A stretch of 64,000 bases of DNA, taken from contig CASEYV010000001.1 of assembly GCA_949292245.1 (NCBI GenBank), positions 52,433-116,432 of the forward strand, written 5' to 3'. Made by a program: the position numbers and the translations under genes. Every line of letters begins with the position of its first letter. Positions within the stretch are counted from its first letter, which is position 1. Source of the DNA: an uncultured bacterium. GTDB taxonomy: Bacteria; Bacillota_I; Bacilli_A; RF39; UBA660. This document shows, piece after piece, positions 47,355 to 57,714 of this stretch. The notes under the pieces are model-generated. The model saw only the letters and a program-made list of their open reading frames with translations. It was not told the DNA's origin and did not search any database.

Positions 47355-47991
47355 ATTTTTCTCTCATTGCTTCAAAAATTTTTTTATCGTCTTTTTCAAG
47401 ATTTACATTTTTTATTTTAAATTTAATATATAACGGATTTCTTTTCGAAATATTATATCTTTGAGGATAACCGGCATTTTCTATTTTTTTAGAAAACGAT
47501 GAATTAAATAATTCATTTGGTTTTATTTTAATTTTATATTTTTCCCCCAATGATACTATTTCTTTTTCAAAACCAAGAATAACATCAAATAAATTAATTT
47601 CAACTATTTTCGTTATAATTAAATCTGAATATTTACTATCGTATTTTATAATTTCATCATTTTCTGGAATTATATTGACGTATATTTTATATAATACACC
47701 ATTTTTATCTTCAATTTCAATACGATTTTTTTTATTATAAAATTTTTTTGATATTTTGATATCTATTCCATCACAATTTACTACACAACCTTGATATGCT
47801 TGTGTAGTTGTTATATCTATAACTTTATTATTGATTATTTTATTAATAAGACCTGATTGAATAGTAGTATCGTATAAAGATTTATATTTCATGAATAATT
47901 CAGCATTACCAGTTTCTTTATTATCTGGATGATATTTTTTAAATAATTGATTAAATGAATTTTTAAAATCTTTATAACTTTTAAAAAACAT
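47347..47991 (-). CDS. J-domain (DnaJ-like) co-chaperone
   Basis: FNQLFKKYHPDNKETGNAELFMKYKSLYD has the HPD tripeptide in J-domain context. Confidence 0.55.
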   Translation of the reverse strand: MFFKSYKDFKNSFNQLFKKYHPDNKETGNAELFMKYKSLYDTTIQSGLINKIINNKVIDITTTQAYQGCVVNCDGIDIKISKKFYNKKNRIEIEDKNGVLYKIYVNIIPENDEIIKYDSKYSDLIITKIVEINLFDVILGFEKEIVSLGEKYKIKIKPNELFNSSFSKKIENAGYPQRYNISKRNPLYIKFKIKNVNLEKDDKKIFEAMREKYD

Positions 47992-48026
47992 TATTATTCT
48001 CCTTTGTGAGAATAATAAATCATTTT

Positions 48027-48353
48027 TTATTGTTTGTCAATGTTTTTATTCATATTTTTCCATTGTAATCTTTCTTTATTAATTTCATCGACAAATTTTT
48101 CAAATAATAGTTTTTGTTCTCTATTAATTTCTTGATTTTTTAAATAACATTTAAAATTTTCTTCATCAAATCCGATAAAAATGTTCGAATCTTTGTTTTC
48201 AGGCATAGAAAATTTACAAGGAATATTTGATAAAATTAAAGGCGATTCAATTTGTGGTAAATCAGGATAAACATTTTTATAAACTATTTCTGTTCTTGTT
48301 GTTGAACAAGCACATAATGCAAAAGCTATTATTAAAAATATTATTTTTTTCAT
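48027..48353 (-). CDS. putative lipoprotein
   Basis: MKKIIFLIIAFALCACSTT is a signal peptide with Cys. Confidence 0.4.
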   Translation of the reverse strand: MKKIIFLIIAFALCACSTTRTEIVYKNVYPDLPQIESPLILSNIPCKFSMPENKDSNIFIGFDEENFKCYLKNQEINREQKLLFEKFVDEINKERLQWKNMNKNIDKQ

Positions 48354-48362
48354 ACTAATTCC

Positions 48363-49109
48363 TTAATAAACGTATTTTGAACCAACCGATAATAATTTAT
48401 TATATTCATAATTTGTAGAACCGATAAATGTAGAACCATTATATTCTTCAATAATTATTGATTCAACTTTAATAGGTGCATTTCTTTTTAATCTAATTTC
48501 ATCTTCATAATCAGCAACCATTCTTAAATAAATTGTTTGTTTCCAATCAACATTTTCCATAGTTGCTTCACCTTGAAAAACATAATCATATTTTTCATCT
48601 CCACCGTAATATGCTTCTGATGTATTAAAATTTTTTGCCCAACAATTACCAGTTCCATCTTTTTCAATAATAGATATTAAAGTTTGAATATCACCATTAA
48701 ATGATATTCTTCTATATATATTATTATCGATAGCAAATTCTCTCAATAATTCATTTTTTTGCATTTCATAATAATCACTTAAAATATTATAATAAATTTG
48801 ATGGGCTATTTCGTCACTATCATAATTATCAATTACATATTGAAATAATGTATGACTATCATCGGTTCCAAGTTTTTGAATTAATTTAGTTTTTAATCCA
48901 TCATTTTTTGTTTCTAAATAATATCCGATATCATTTTCTTGAACTATTGAATCTAATTCACCATCATTAAAGCATAATTCTATAACTTCATCTTTTATTA
49001 AATCCCAATCAGTAAAATATTTAGCTTCTGCTAAAATACCAATTTCAGCTAAATTAAATATTTCATCTATTTGTTTATTAATAATATTATTTTTTTGATT
49101 ATAAATCAT
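48363..49109 (-). CDS. hypothetical protein
   Basis: 248-aa ORF. Confidence 0.35.
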   Translation of the reverse strand: MIYNQKNNIINKQIDEIFNLAEIGILAEAKYFTDWDLIKDEVIELCFNDGELDSIVQENDIGYYLETKNDGLKTKLIQKLGTDDSHTLFQYVIDNYDSDEIAHQIYYNILSDYYEMQKNELLREFAIDNNIYRRISFNGDIQTLISIIEKDGTGNCWAKNFNTSEAYYGGDEKYDYVFQGEATMENVDWKQTIYLRMVADYEDEIRLKRNAPIKVESIIIEEYNGSTFIGSTNYEYNKLLSVGSKYVY

Positions 49110-49118
49110 ATTATTCCT

Positions 49119-49868
49119 TTATGAATAAACACGAATATTATATCCAGATGGATAAATTTGTTTTAATACTTCTCCAAAATATTTTTTAGTTAAGGATATG
49201 GCTTCATTCTCATCTTCTGAAGGTGATATTTCAGCCCATAATTCAACTAATTTTGGACATAAAACACCAATAATATCTTTATCGGATAAACGTAAATCAA
49301 CATTATCCATGACATCTCCATGAATCCAACGATTACCATTCCATACATATAAAATATTTTTTAATGGATTATATATAAATCTTAAATCATTTTTTTCTAA
49401 TTCTGATTGAATCCAATTAATAGATGGATTTTTAATTATTCTCAAATTTTCAAATTTTTCAGAAGCACTATTATATGCTAAATCATCAAAACATACAGAT
49501 TCTTGAAACTTTTGACGCATTTTTTCAACAGTTTCTTTTGGAACATTATGAACATTTTGATAATTTCCTTCACATACTTTTATTTCAACTTTATAGTTAT
49601 ATTCTTTTGCTAAATCAACATATGGTTGATAATCTTTAACTTTAATAAAAGTATTAGCTACAGCAATAGTAGGACGACCTTCTTGCATATATTTTTCAAC
49701 AGTTTCTTTGCATTTTTGATGAGCCATATGCAATTTAGATGGATGCCATCTATATTCACCGTCTTCATACATAAATTGGTCAGCTTCAACAACATTATCG
49801 GTTAATTTATGTGCCAAAGTTGATTTTCCAGAGCCAGGAACACCACGAATTATGTATAAAATATTCAT
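49119..49868 (-). CDS. P-loop kinase, polynucleotide 5'-kinase-like (T4 Pnk kinase-domain-like), no HAD phosphatase domain
   Basis: MNILYIIRGVPGSGKSTLA aligns with T4 Pnk KKIILTIGCPGSGKSTWA. No DxDxT motif is found. Confidence 0.45.
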   Translation of the reverse strand: MNILYIIRGVPGSGKSTLAHKLTDNVVEADQFMYEDGEYRWHPSKLHMAHQKCKETVEKYMQEGRPTIAVANTFIKVKDYQPYVDLAKEYNYKVEIKVCEGNYQNVHNVPKETVEKMRQKFQESVCFDDLAYNSASEKFENLRIIKNPSINWIQSELEKNDLRFIYNPLKNILYVWNGNRWIHGDVMDNVDLRLSDKDIIGVLCPKLVELWAEISPSEDENEAISLTKKYFGEVLKQIYPSGYNIRVYS

Positions 49869-50248
49869 TATTGTATCTCCAAATTACATTTTATTGATGG
49901 ATTTAAACTATTTTTAGCCATACAAACTTCATAATTATTAATTTTCATTAATATAATATCTTTATTTTCATTAAATTTCATTGAATCAATTTTTAAATTT
50001 GATTCAGAAATATATTTTAACGATTCTTTTTCATTTACACGCATTTGTTCTAATTGTTCTATAGTAACATTAGAAGCATGAGTTATACTTTCTATTCTTG
50101 ATAATAACTCAGAATTTTCAGTTGTCAAGCAAATATTTTGTTCTTTTGCTTTTGATAATTCTGATGACATATATTTAAATCCACCATATATTCCATACCC
50201 TAAAGCTATTATTAATAAATACGGCAACAATTTTAAAAATATATTCAT
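49868..50248 (-). CDS. hypothetical membrane-anchored coiled-coil protein
   Basis: N-terminal TM helix LKLLPYLLIIALGYGIYGGF. Confidence 0.35.
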   Translation of the reverse strand: MNIFLKLLPYLLIIALGYGIYGGFKYMSSELSKAKEQNICLTTENSELLSRIESITHASNVTIEQLEQMRVNEKESLKYISESNLKIDSMKFNENKDIILMKINNYEVCMAKNSLNPSIKCNLEIQ

Positions 50249-50370
50249 AAATCATCCTTCTTTTAATTTAACAACATAAATTCTTAATATATTATAAATT
50301 TGATATTTAATTGATTCATTTATTTTATTATTTGATTTAAGAGATTGTTTATTACAATTTAATCTCATAA

Positions 50371-51093
50371 TTATTCTTCTCTTAACATTAAAATTTTATC
50401 TTTTTTAATTAAAAATATATTACTATCTGTTGTTATTACTTGATATCCAGGAAATGCACTTTCAATTAAATAAATTTCAGAATAATCTTTATTATTTAAT
50501 GAATCGGATTCAGTAATAAATTTATTCAATTCTTCTTCTGAAATATATCTTTCTGGAATATATTGTCTTTTCCAACCATGGTCATTAATTGTAAATGATT
50601 GATATGATTCATTTTTTGCTTCTTTATTTTTTTCTTTATCTTTATTATTCAAATCTTCATCATTTATATCTTCAACAGATGAATTTCTTAATTTAGCCAA
50701 TCTAACATATTTTTGAATATTATCCAAAGATAAAGTTGCTTTATCGTGCATACCAAAAGTTTTAAATTTCCAATCTTTATTATCAGTTAAATTATTAATT
50801 GAATCAATCATATCCATTAATAATTTAGGAAATGTAATATTTCTTTCAAATTCTACAAATAATATATATTTGTTATCTTCTGTTAATGAATCAGATATTT
50901 CAATATCACGAATTTCTATATAATAGATTTTTTCAATAAAATCTCTTAAATCTTCGGCAACTTCTTTTTCATTACAAAAAAATGCAACTGTTATATTATC
51001 ATCGTCTAATTTAGAAGTATATTGGTCAATACTGATATAGTTAGAAACCAAATATTTTAAATCATTTATTCTTAATCCTTCATTTAAATTCAT
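50371..51093 (-). CDS. hypothetical protein
   Basis: 240-aa ORF. Confidence 0.35.
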   Translation of the reverse strand: MNLNEGLRINDLKYLVSNYISIDQYTSKLDDDNITVAFFCNEKEVAEDLRDFIEKIYYIEIRDIEISDSLTEDNKYILFVEFERNITFPKLLMDMIDSINNLTDNKDWKFKTFGMHDKATLSLDNIQKYVRLAKLRNSSVEDINDEDLNNKDKEKNKEAKNESYQSFTINDHGWKRQYIPERYISEEELNKFITESDSLNNKDYSEIYLIESAFPGYQVITTDSNIFLIKKDKILMLREE

Positions 51094-51713
51094 TATTGAG
51101 CTCCCATTTCATCATTATTAGATACAACACTTTCTAAATTATCATCTGTATCTTGGTCATCTTCTAATTTGTTTTGTATAGCTTCTAAATCATATACATT
51201 ATTATTAATAATATGTTTATTTGGAATTAATATATCAACTAACCATATTTTTTCTTTTTTTAATTTTGGTCTTTGACGACCAGTTTTATTATCGACAACT
51301 ACATCTTTTTCAGATTTTACATCAACCGGAAGCATTTCATATGATTTAGTATATTCTACTTTACAATCATATTTTGTTAAAATAACACCTGCTTTTGGGT
51401 CAGGACATTTATCTTCTTTTTTATCATCGCTTCTTGGAGATTTAATAACAATATTTGTAAAATATTTCATAAATTTTACATCAACTACTTCTGCATCCAA
51501 CCAATTAGGAAAAGCATATATATGTAAAATATCAAAAAAATCATCAATGTTCATTAAAACATCTAAATAACTTTCATTCTTATAAAGTCTTTGAATAAAT
51601 TGATATTGTTGTAATAAATATAGATTCATTTTATATCCTCGTATTTTAATATAAAAATATTTATCTTGTATATTTTCTTTTATTACCTCAAATTTTATAA
51701 TTAAATATCTCAA
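51093..51713 (-). CDS. hypothetical protein
   Basis: 206-aa ORF. Confidence 0.35.
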   Translation of the reverse strand: MRYLIIKFEVIKENIQDKYFYIKIRGYKMNLYLLQQYQFIQRLYKNESYLDVLMNIDDFFDILHIYAFPNWLDAEVVDVKFMKYFTNIVIKSPRSDDKKEDKCPDPKAGVILTKYDCKVEYTKSYEMLPVDVKSEKDVVVDNKTGRQRPKLKKEKIWLVDILIPNKHIINNNVYDLEAIQNKLEDDQDTDDNLESVVSNNDEMGAQ

Positions 51714-51750
51714 AAATATAGATATAAATATTTTTATAAAGGATTATGAT

Positions 51751-52161
51751 ATGAAATATAAAACAAATATGTGTAATAATAAAAAATATGAAATTAATGA
51801 TGATATTTTAATAAAAATAAAATCTTTAAATAAATTTCATAATAAAAACATTAAATTAAATTTAATGTCAGGTAGTTATAAAATCGCTGCTACTTATAAA
51901 ATTAATAAATTAAAAAATGTTACATTATTTTTACCATCATTTATATCACAAATGTATTCGCCCAATATAATTGCCGAGGGATTTGATTTTGAAGAATTAA
52001 AATTTATTTTATCTTCTAAAAGATTAAATCACCCAATCAATATAAAAAATAATTTTTTAGAATTATTTGATAATGGCTTTTCTATTAAAAATAAAAATAT
52101 TAAAATATTTCCATCATATTTCTTTAATCAAATAACTGGTTTATTTTTTGATTGTGAATAA
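51751..52161 (+). CDS. hypothetical protein
   Basis: 136-aa plus-strand ORF convergent with the next gene. Confidence 0.35.
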   Translation: MKYKTNMCNNKKYEINDDILIKIKSLNKFHNKNIKLNLMSGSYKIAATYKINKLKNVTLFLPSFISQMYSPNIIAEGFDFEELKFILSSKRLNHPINIKNNFLELFDNGFSIKNKNIKIFPSYFFNQITGLFFDCE

Positions 52162-52163
52162 TA

Positions 52164-52189
52164 AAAAAGCTACTCAATGAGTAGCTTTT
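52164..52189. terminator. bidirectional rho-independent terminator (aagctactca/tgagtagctt) between convergent genes
   Basis: Perfect palindrome flanked by an A-run and a T-run. Confidence 0.55.
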
Positions 52190-52733
52190 ATAATATCAAT
52201 GCACTTCCAGTTATTTCTTTTTTAAGAAAATATAAATCATCTTTATCATCAAAATGATAAATTTCTTCTGTCGTTGGTTTAATGGCAATTAATCTATTGT
52301 CATCATCTTCTGAAATAACGTAACCTTTATCTCCAAACATTTCAATATAAGATTTACCATCTTCTAATTTTATGTTATAAGGTTTCATAACTTCATTGAT
52401 TTTTGATTCTAAGTCATTCAATATAGTTTTTTCTGCTTCATTCCAAAAAGTATTAACAGATTTAGCTACAATATCTCCGACAGCATTTTGAATATTTAAA
52501 CAGAAATCATTGTCATTATAATATGCTTCTTTTCCTTCTGGAACTTCCATATCAAATTCGACTTCTCCTTGTTCATTCCATTCAATGTTACCAACTTTTG
52601 CTATGACATCTTTATATTTTTCATCTTTTAACTGAATAAAAATTGTATCTTTTTCAGTATTAATCATAATTTTATAATTTGATGTTGAATCTTGATTAAT
52701 GTTCATCATCCAACTCCTTTTCTTCATCAACAT
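52188..52733 (-). CDS. hypothetical protein
   Basis: 181-aa ORF. Confidence 0.35.
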   Translation of the reverse strand: MLMKKRSWMMNINQDSTSNYKIMINTEKDTIFIQLKDEKYKDVIAKVGNIEWNEQGEVEFDMEVPEGKEAYYNDNDFCLNIQNAVGDIVAKSVNTFWNEAEKTILNDLESKINEVMKPYNIKLEDGKSYIEMFGDKGYVISEDDDNRLIAIKPTTEEIYHFDDKDDLYFLKKEITGSALIL

Positions 52734-53202
52734 TAATTAAATTATCATAAATTTCTTTAACATCTGTTCCGAATGTTATATCTTCAGATGCCCCTTTAAA
52801 TATAATTTGAGAAACTTTAGCCCAAACTTTAAAATTAAAAGGATTAGCTTTTGGTCTATTCATTAATGGAGAAAATTCTAATTTTTCAACACTACAAGAT
52901 TTATAAATATAATCAATTTTATTTGGATTGGACAATGATAATTCAATATCAAAGTTTGTTCTAAATAATAAATCATATACTTCTTTTTCTACTGAACCAT
53001 CTTGTGTTGAACGCAATGTTATTTTAATATATTTGTTTAGATATTCTTCATCCATATCTGTTGTTAATATTTCTGGTAATTCAATAACAAAAATATTATT
53101 AGGTATCTTCGCCAAACTTTTGCCGTTTTCTAATTTAAATCTAACGCTAAAGTTATTATCCCAATTCAATTTTAGTTTTTCTATATCTTCTAACTTATTC
53201 AT
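52696..53202 (-). CDS. hypothetical protein
   Basis: 168-aa ORF. Confidence 0.35.
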   Translation of the reverse strand: MNKLEDIEKLKLNWDNNFSVRFKLENGKSLAKIPNNIFVIELPEILTTDMDEEYLNKYIKITLRSTQDGSVEKEVYDLLFRTNFDIELSLSNPNKIDYIYKSCSVEKLEFSPLMNRPKANPFNFKVWAKVSQIIFKGASEDITFGTDVKEIYDNLINVDEEKELDDEH

Positions 53203-53254
53203 ATCATTCCTTTAATCTTTCTTTTACAAAGATATTATGATATAAAATTATAAA

Positions 53255-53596
53255 TTATTCAATATTATATTTTGGAAAAAATATACTTTCAAATTCTTTT
53301 ATATGTTCTTGGGTATTCATATCTGAAAGTTCTTTTTTTATAATACATTTATATTCTGGATGTTTTTCAACAAAATTTGATAATATTTTGCTTGAAATAT
53401 AATTTTTAAACATTATAGATGAAGCAGATTTCAAATAATCATAAATGATAGTTTTGACAAAATATTTGTAATATATTTCATCTTGGAAATCGACAACAAT
53501 ATCTAATGTATCTTTACCTGATTGAAACTCCTTGATTAAATTATCAACAGCATTATTTTCTTGTAATTTTATGTCCGCAATTTTAACATTAAACAT
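53255..53596 (-). CDS. hypothetical protein
   Basis: 113-aa ORF. Confidence 0.35.
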   Translation of the reverse strand: MFNVKIADIKLQENNAVDNLIKEFQSGKDTLDIVVDFQDEIYYKYFVKTIIYDYLKSASSIMFKNYISSKILSNFVEKHPEYKCIIKKELSDMNTQEHIKEFESIFFPKYNIE

Positions 53597-53928
53597 TAAT
53601 CATTCTCCATAGATATAATTAAAGAAGCATCTTTATTTCTTCTATCATTAAAAGAAGCATATTCTTTTTTAATTCTTTCATCAAACAATTCTTTACCATT
53701 TTCTAAACAAAATTCTTCTGGTGTTAAATAATGAGTTGTAGGTATATATTCTCCTCTGCACATAATTCCACACTCAATCACAATAAAATCAGAACCATCT
53801 GCAACATAAACAGAATCAAATTCTCCACCTTTAAGATTAAATTTTGAAACTAATTCATATGCTCTTTCATTAATTTTTTTATCTAATTCCATATATAATT
53901 TTAATTCCTCAACAGACAATTCAATCAT
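53596..53928 (-). CDS. hypothetical protein
   Basis: 110-aa ORF. Confidence 0.35.
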   Translation of the reverse strand: MIELSVEELKLYMELDKKINERAYELVSKFNLKGGEFDSVYVADGSDFIVIECGIMCRGEYIPTTHYLTPEEFCLENGKELFDERIKKEYASFNDRRNKDASLIISMEND

Positions 53929-54302
53929 TAATCTTCCTTTAAAATATTATTTAAATTTATATAAATTATATTATCAGGGTTTTTAGGATTAAGAAATCCT
54001 TGAATACTTCCTTTTAAAACAGAATTTAACCACCAATGTGGATAATTTGGGTCATTATATAATTCTTCAAAATATAATAACCCATTTTTCATATCTTCTT
54101 TCCAAGAAGTTACTTGTAAATTAAGAATTTTCTTTCCTAAAAAATATCCATTTCTTTCATCTACAAAACCTTCTCCATATGTTTCATAAAGATACATAGC
54201 TTCTTTTGCTTTATCACTAAAATCAATGTCTGCACTTGCAAATTCCTTTGCAAACATTTCATATAATGGTATCATTTTTTTAAATTTTTTACCAAGTTTC
54301 AT
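53928..54302 (-). CDS. hypothetical protein
   Basis: 124-aa ORF. Confidence 0.35.
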   Translation of the reverse strand: MKLGKKFKKMIPLYEMFAKEFASADIDFSDKAKEAMYLYETYGEGFVDERNGYFLGKKILNLQVTSWKEDMKNGLLYFEELYNDPNYPHWWLNSVLKGSIQGFLNPKNPDNIIYINLNNILKED

Positions 54303-54304
54303 CT

Positions 54305-55003
54305 TTAATTACCCATAGCAACAAGAACTAATGAATTAGCTTTAACTTCAACCTCTGATTCTCTTAATAATTTTTTTTCAAATTCATTAAATGCAGAATC
54401 ATCAAATCTTACTAATTTTCCATTATTTTTTAAACAAAGTAATCTTCCATTAGCATCAAATTTTTTATCAGCAACAACGTGATAACCATTTTTAGTTTCA
54501 AATGTTTCAAGATAATCTTCCCCACATAATTTTTTTATAACATTTAAAACATTTTCATCTTTAGTATCAACATCAAACATCCATCTTTTTTCTCCATCAG
54601 AAGATTCAGAAACTTGGGAAGCAGATGGTATTAATTTATTAAGCATACGAACACTTACCGAAGCATTTTCACTCATGACAAAATGGTCTAAACATTCTGT
54701 AAGTTTATTTCTTGCATACATCATTGTTTTGACAGTGGATTTTCTGTCTGTTGTCATATACAAACGACATTTAAACATTTCAGTTACAGCTAACATATCC
54801 GGTAAGCATTTATCCAATGCTTCTTCACTATCAACCAACCATTGTCTAACAAAAACTTCCTGCTTTTCTGTATTTGTTAAAACTGGTTTTTCGTCTCCAT
54901 CTTTATAATCTTTTGCTCTTATTAAAGCAACAAATTTATAATAAGATTTTTGGGGATTAAACACCATAACTTTTTTCAATTTAGAAGTATTATCAACTAA
55001 CAT
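54305..55003 (-). CDS. hypothetical protein
   Basis: 232-aa ORF. Confidence 0.35.
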   Translation of the reverse strand: MLVDNTSKLKKVMVFNPQKSYYKFVALIRAKDYKDGDEKPVLTNTEKQEVFVRQWLVDSEEALDKCLPDMLAVTEMFKCRLYMTTDRKSTVKTMMYARNKLTECLDHFVMSENASVSVRMLNKLIPSASQVSESSDGEKRWMFDVDTKDENVLNVIKKLCGEDYLETFETKNGYHVVADKKFDANGRLLCLKNNGKLVRFDDSAFNEFEKKLLRESEVEVKANSLVLVAMGN

Positions 55004-55071
55004 ACTTTATCTCCAAAAATTAAACCTATCCATTTAAGATAGGTTTAATATATACTAAATATTTTTAATTG

Positions 55072-55539
55072 TCAATGATTATTATTCATCATAATATTCA
55101 TTCCTAAAAATAACATCGAAAAAATGAACACTCCAAAACAAGTTGTATTAATCATAAAAGTTAAAACTAACGATAAAATTGATAGAACAAATAATAAAAA
55201 ATTAAAAATATGAAAAATACTAAAATTAAAAATATGAAAAATACTAAAATTAAAAAAATTAGTTTTATCTTTATATTTTTTATTATCGATTTTTATTCTA
55301 TCATTCAAAAATACTTTATTTAACCATAAATTATACGAATCAGTTTGAGTATTACTTTTTATCAACCTAATAATATTTTTTAACTCATAAAAATTCAAAT
55401 ATTTAACAATGTTTTCATCGTCAGTAAGATTATTCTCATAACATTCTAATCTATAATTCATAGAAGATTCGAATAATTCACTTTCATCTTTAAAATCTTT
55501 TGTAAAATATTTTTTAACCAACTCGTTTCTATTTGCCAT
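55072..55539 (-). CDS. hypothetical protein with C-terminal TM segment; contains a 24-bp tandem repeat
   Basis: aaaaatatgaaaaatactaaaatt occurs twice at 55203-55250, encoding FNFSIFHIFNFSIFHIFNF. Confidence 0.3.
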   Translation of the reverse strand: MANRNELVKKYFTKDFKDESELFESSMNYRLECYENNLTDDENIVKYLNFYELKNIIRLIKSNTQTDSYNLWLNKVFLNDRIKIDNKKYKDKTNFFNFSIFHIFNFSIFHIFNFLLFVLSILSLVLTFMINTTCFGVFIFSMLFLGMNIMMNNNH

Positions 55540-55584
55540 TTTTAAACTTACCTTTTTCAGTAAAAGGGGAGAAATCCCCTTTTA

Positions 55585-56277
55585 TTATTTTACTTCAATA
55601 TTTTTCAAGAATTCATCCATTTCCTCAACTGAATTAAAATCAGTAGTTTCAATGATAGGAATTTCTTTACGAATTAGTTGAGATTTTGTAGTTTCACGAA
55701 CCAAATCGTCATCCAGTTCTTCCTTAATTTCAGTAATAGTAGTCGTATTATCAGAACCATTTGGAAGATGAATATCAGCCATAGTATTATTAATTTCTTT
55801 CATAGATTCGTAAGTTTTTTGTTTAGCTTCAATAATATCAATTTCATATTTCAATTTATTAACATCTTGTGTCAACAATTTAATATTTTCATTAATAGTT
55901 TTTTCAGCTTCCTCGTATGCCAATACAACTTTTTCTTGTTCTTTGAACAATGAATCTTTTGCTTTATAACTCATTGCCAATTCATTAAATTTAACTGTAT
56001 CACTTTTTTCACGAGCCTTTTGTAAATCTTTGGTAAGTTTTTCTCTTTCTTTTGCCAATTTATCCATTTTATTCTTATGAACACTTTTTTCTTGGGCAAT
56101 TCCAACTAACTTATCCCAATTAGTTTTAAGATTAGCATTACACTCGTTGAGTTTAACTTTCATCAACTGAACCCTAAACTCTTTACGAGTTTCTTTATTG
56201 AGTTTAATCAATCCAAAAGAAAGCAAACTCAAAATTGTAGCAAAAATATTTTTAATTCCATTAATCAAAGTTTTCAT
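55585..56277 (-). CDS. coiled-coil protein with N-terminal hydrophobic helix
   Basis: 230-aa ORF dominated by heptad-like K/E-rich sequence. Confidence 0.35.
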   Translation of the reverse strand: MKTLINGIKNIFATILSLLSFGLIKLNKETRKEFRVQLMKVKLNECNANLKTNWDKLVGIAQEKSVHKNKMDKLAKEREKLTKDLQKAREKSDTVKFNELAMSYKAKDSLFKEQEKVVLAYEEAEKTINENIKLLTQDVNKLKYEIDIIEAKQKTYESMKEINNTMADIHLPNGSDNTTTITEIKEELDDDLVRETTKSQLIRKEIPIIETTDFNSVEEMDEFLKNIEVK

Positions 56278-56341
56278 TTATATTCTCCAAATATTGTTAT
56301 CTCATTTACATTTATTGTTATAATGTATTTAATTTTAATTG

Positions 56342-57001
56342 TCAACAACTAAATACAAAATCAATCCATTTTTTAAAATTAGGATATTTTTCATATCTAT
56401 TTTCTTTTATAACTTTTAACATATTTAAAATATCTTTTTTATCATAGTTATATTTTTCAAATGGATATTTTATATCTGTTTTTTTATTTTTGTATCTTTT
56501 TAAACGATATTTTACAATTTCATTAAATATAATATCAAAATTTTTATCTTTAATATTATTGACCAAAGTAATTAACTCTATATCATCATTATTTAATGAT
56601 TCAAAATCATCGTTTTGATAATACATTGCTTTTTGTCTATTATACAGAATATTTAATTTATATGCTTGCATTGAAGTTAATTGTATATCGACATTATCAA
56701 AATAAGTTGAAGTATTATTTTCATTATCAATAAAATATATGTCTTTAATACTCTCAAAATTATCAACAATAATGTAGCAATTATAATTTATACTAAAAAA
56801 AGCATATTTTTTATTTCTAATATCACTCCATTCATGCATGAAATTTAAAGTATCAATATGAACTTCATCCAGAATATCACTAATAACAGATTCAAATCGA
56901 GTATATATTTCAAGTTGCTTAAAATCGTTTTCTGACATTTCTTTATTCATATAATCCATATCCATATACGGGTTTACAAATTGTTTAAAATCAATGTGCA
57001 T
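56342..57001 (-). CDS. hypothetical protein
   Basis: 219-aa ORF. Confidence 0.35.
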   Translation of the reverse strand: MHIDFKQFVNPYMDMDYMNKEMSENDFKQLEIYTRFESVISDILDEVHIDTLNFMHEWSDIRNKKYAFFSINYNCYIIVDNFESIKDIYFIDNENNTSTYFDNVDIQLTSMQAYKLNILYNRQKAMYYQNDDFESLNNDDIELITLVNNIKDKNFDIIFNEIVKYRLKRYKNKKTDIKYPFEKYNYDKKDILNMLKVIKENRYEKYPNFKKWIDFVFSC

Positions 57002-57714
57002 TAATTATACTCCGTAGTTTCACCTTTACGCAATTTATATGCTTCAGAAACCGATTTTACAAAGCATCTTCCTAAATCATCAACATATCTTTCATTAAGA
57101 GGTCTAATAACAACACCTTCTCTAATTTGGTCTTTATTAGTTCCCAATGTTGTTTTACCAGATGTCAATTCCATAACTTTATCATAAGAATATGGACCAA
57201 CATAAAGAGATGGAACTCTTTCAATTCCAACTTCATCGGCAAATTGCTTGCATTCTTCAAAATTAAGGAATCTTCCTTGTCTTGGTTTTCCAACATAAAC
57301 ATCAAATAATCTATATCCAACTTTACCATTTGTCAAACCATATTTCAAATCTTGCATACCATATGTTTCACCAAACAAAGTAACCATATCATTTTCTTGA
57401 TAAAGTTTTGAATTTACAACTTTTTCTTCGATATTATTTTCTTTAAATGCCCTAACATAATATGCGTTTTCATTAGAAGCATTATTTTTAAAGAATAAAC
57501 CTTTATCTCCTTGACCCTTTGAAGCAATATAAATATCTTTATTTTCGCCAAATGTTTCATCATTTGAATTACCTTTTGCAAAAATAAATCTTGTTTGAGA
57601 ATTGTGTACTAAAATATCATTAGCAAAAAAATTATGATTATATTCTACTTCAATATCATAACGTTTAGAATCATTTTTAATTTTCTTTATATTCTTTATT
57701 GTAAAAACCTTCAT
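57001..57714 (-). CDS. split-intein C-fragment (about 38 aa) fused to the C-extein of an Rnl2/Rnl5-type RNA ligase
   Basis: The start is probably the ATG at 57714 (RBS AGAGGTG). RYDIEVEYNHNFFANDILVHN|S matches intein blocks F and G ending in HN plus Ser. The extein carries ligase motifs III LFGETYG, IV YRLFDVYV and V EGVVIRP. Confidence 0.8.
   Translation of the reverse strand: MKVFTIKNIKKIKNDSKRYDIEVEYNHNFFANDILVHNSQTRFIFAKGNSNDETFGENKDIYIASKGQGDKGLFFKNNASNENAYYVRAFKENNIEEKVVNSKLYQENDMVTLFGETYGMQDLKYGLTNGKVGYRLFDVYVGKPRQGRFLNFEECKQFADEVGIERVPSLYVGPYSYDKVMELTSGKTTLGTNKDQIREGVVIRPLNERYVDDLGRCFVKSVSEAYKLRKGETTEYN

Noticed and set aside
55585-56277. PspA/IM30-like assignment for the 230-aa coiled-coil protein
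   Set aside because: Only generic coiled-coil character was seen, with no conserved PspA motifs recognised. Left as hypothetical.
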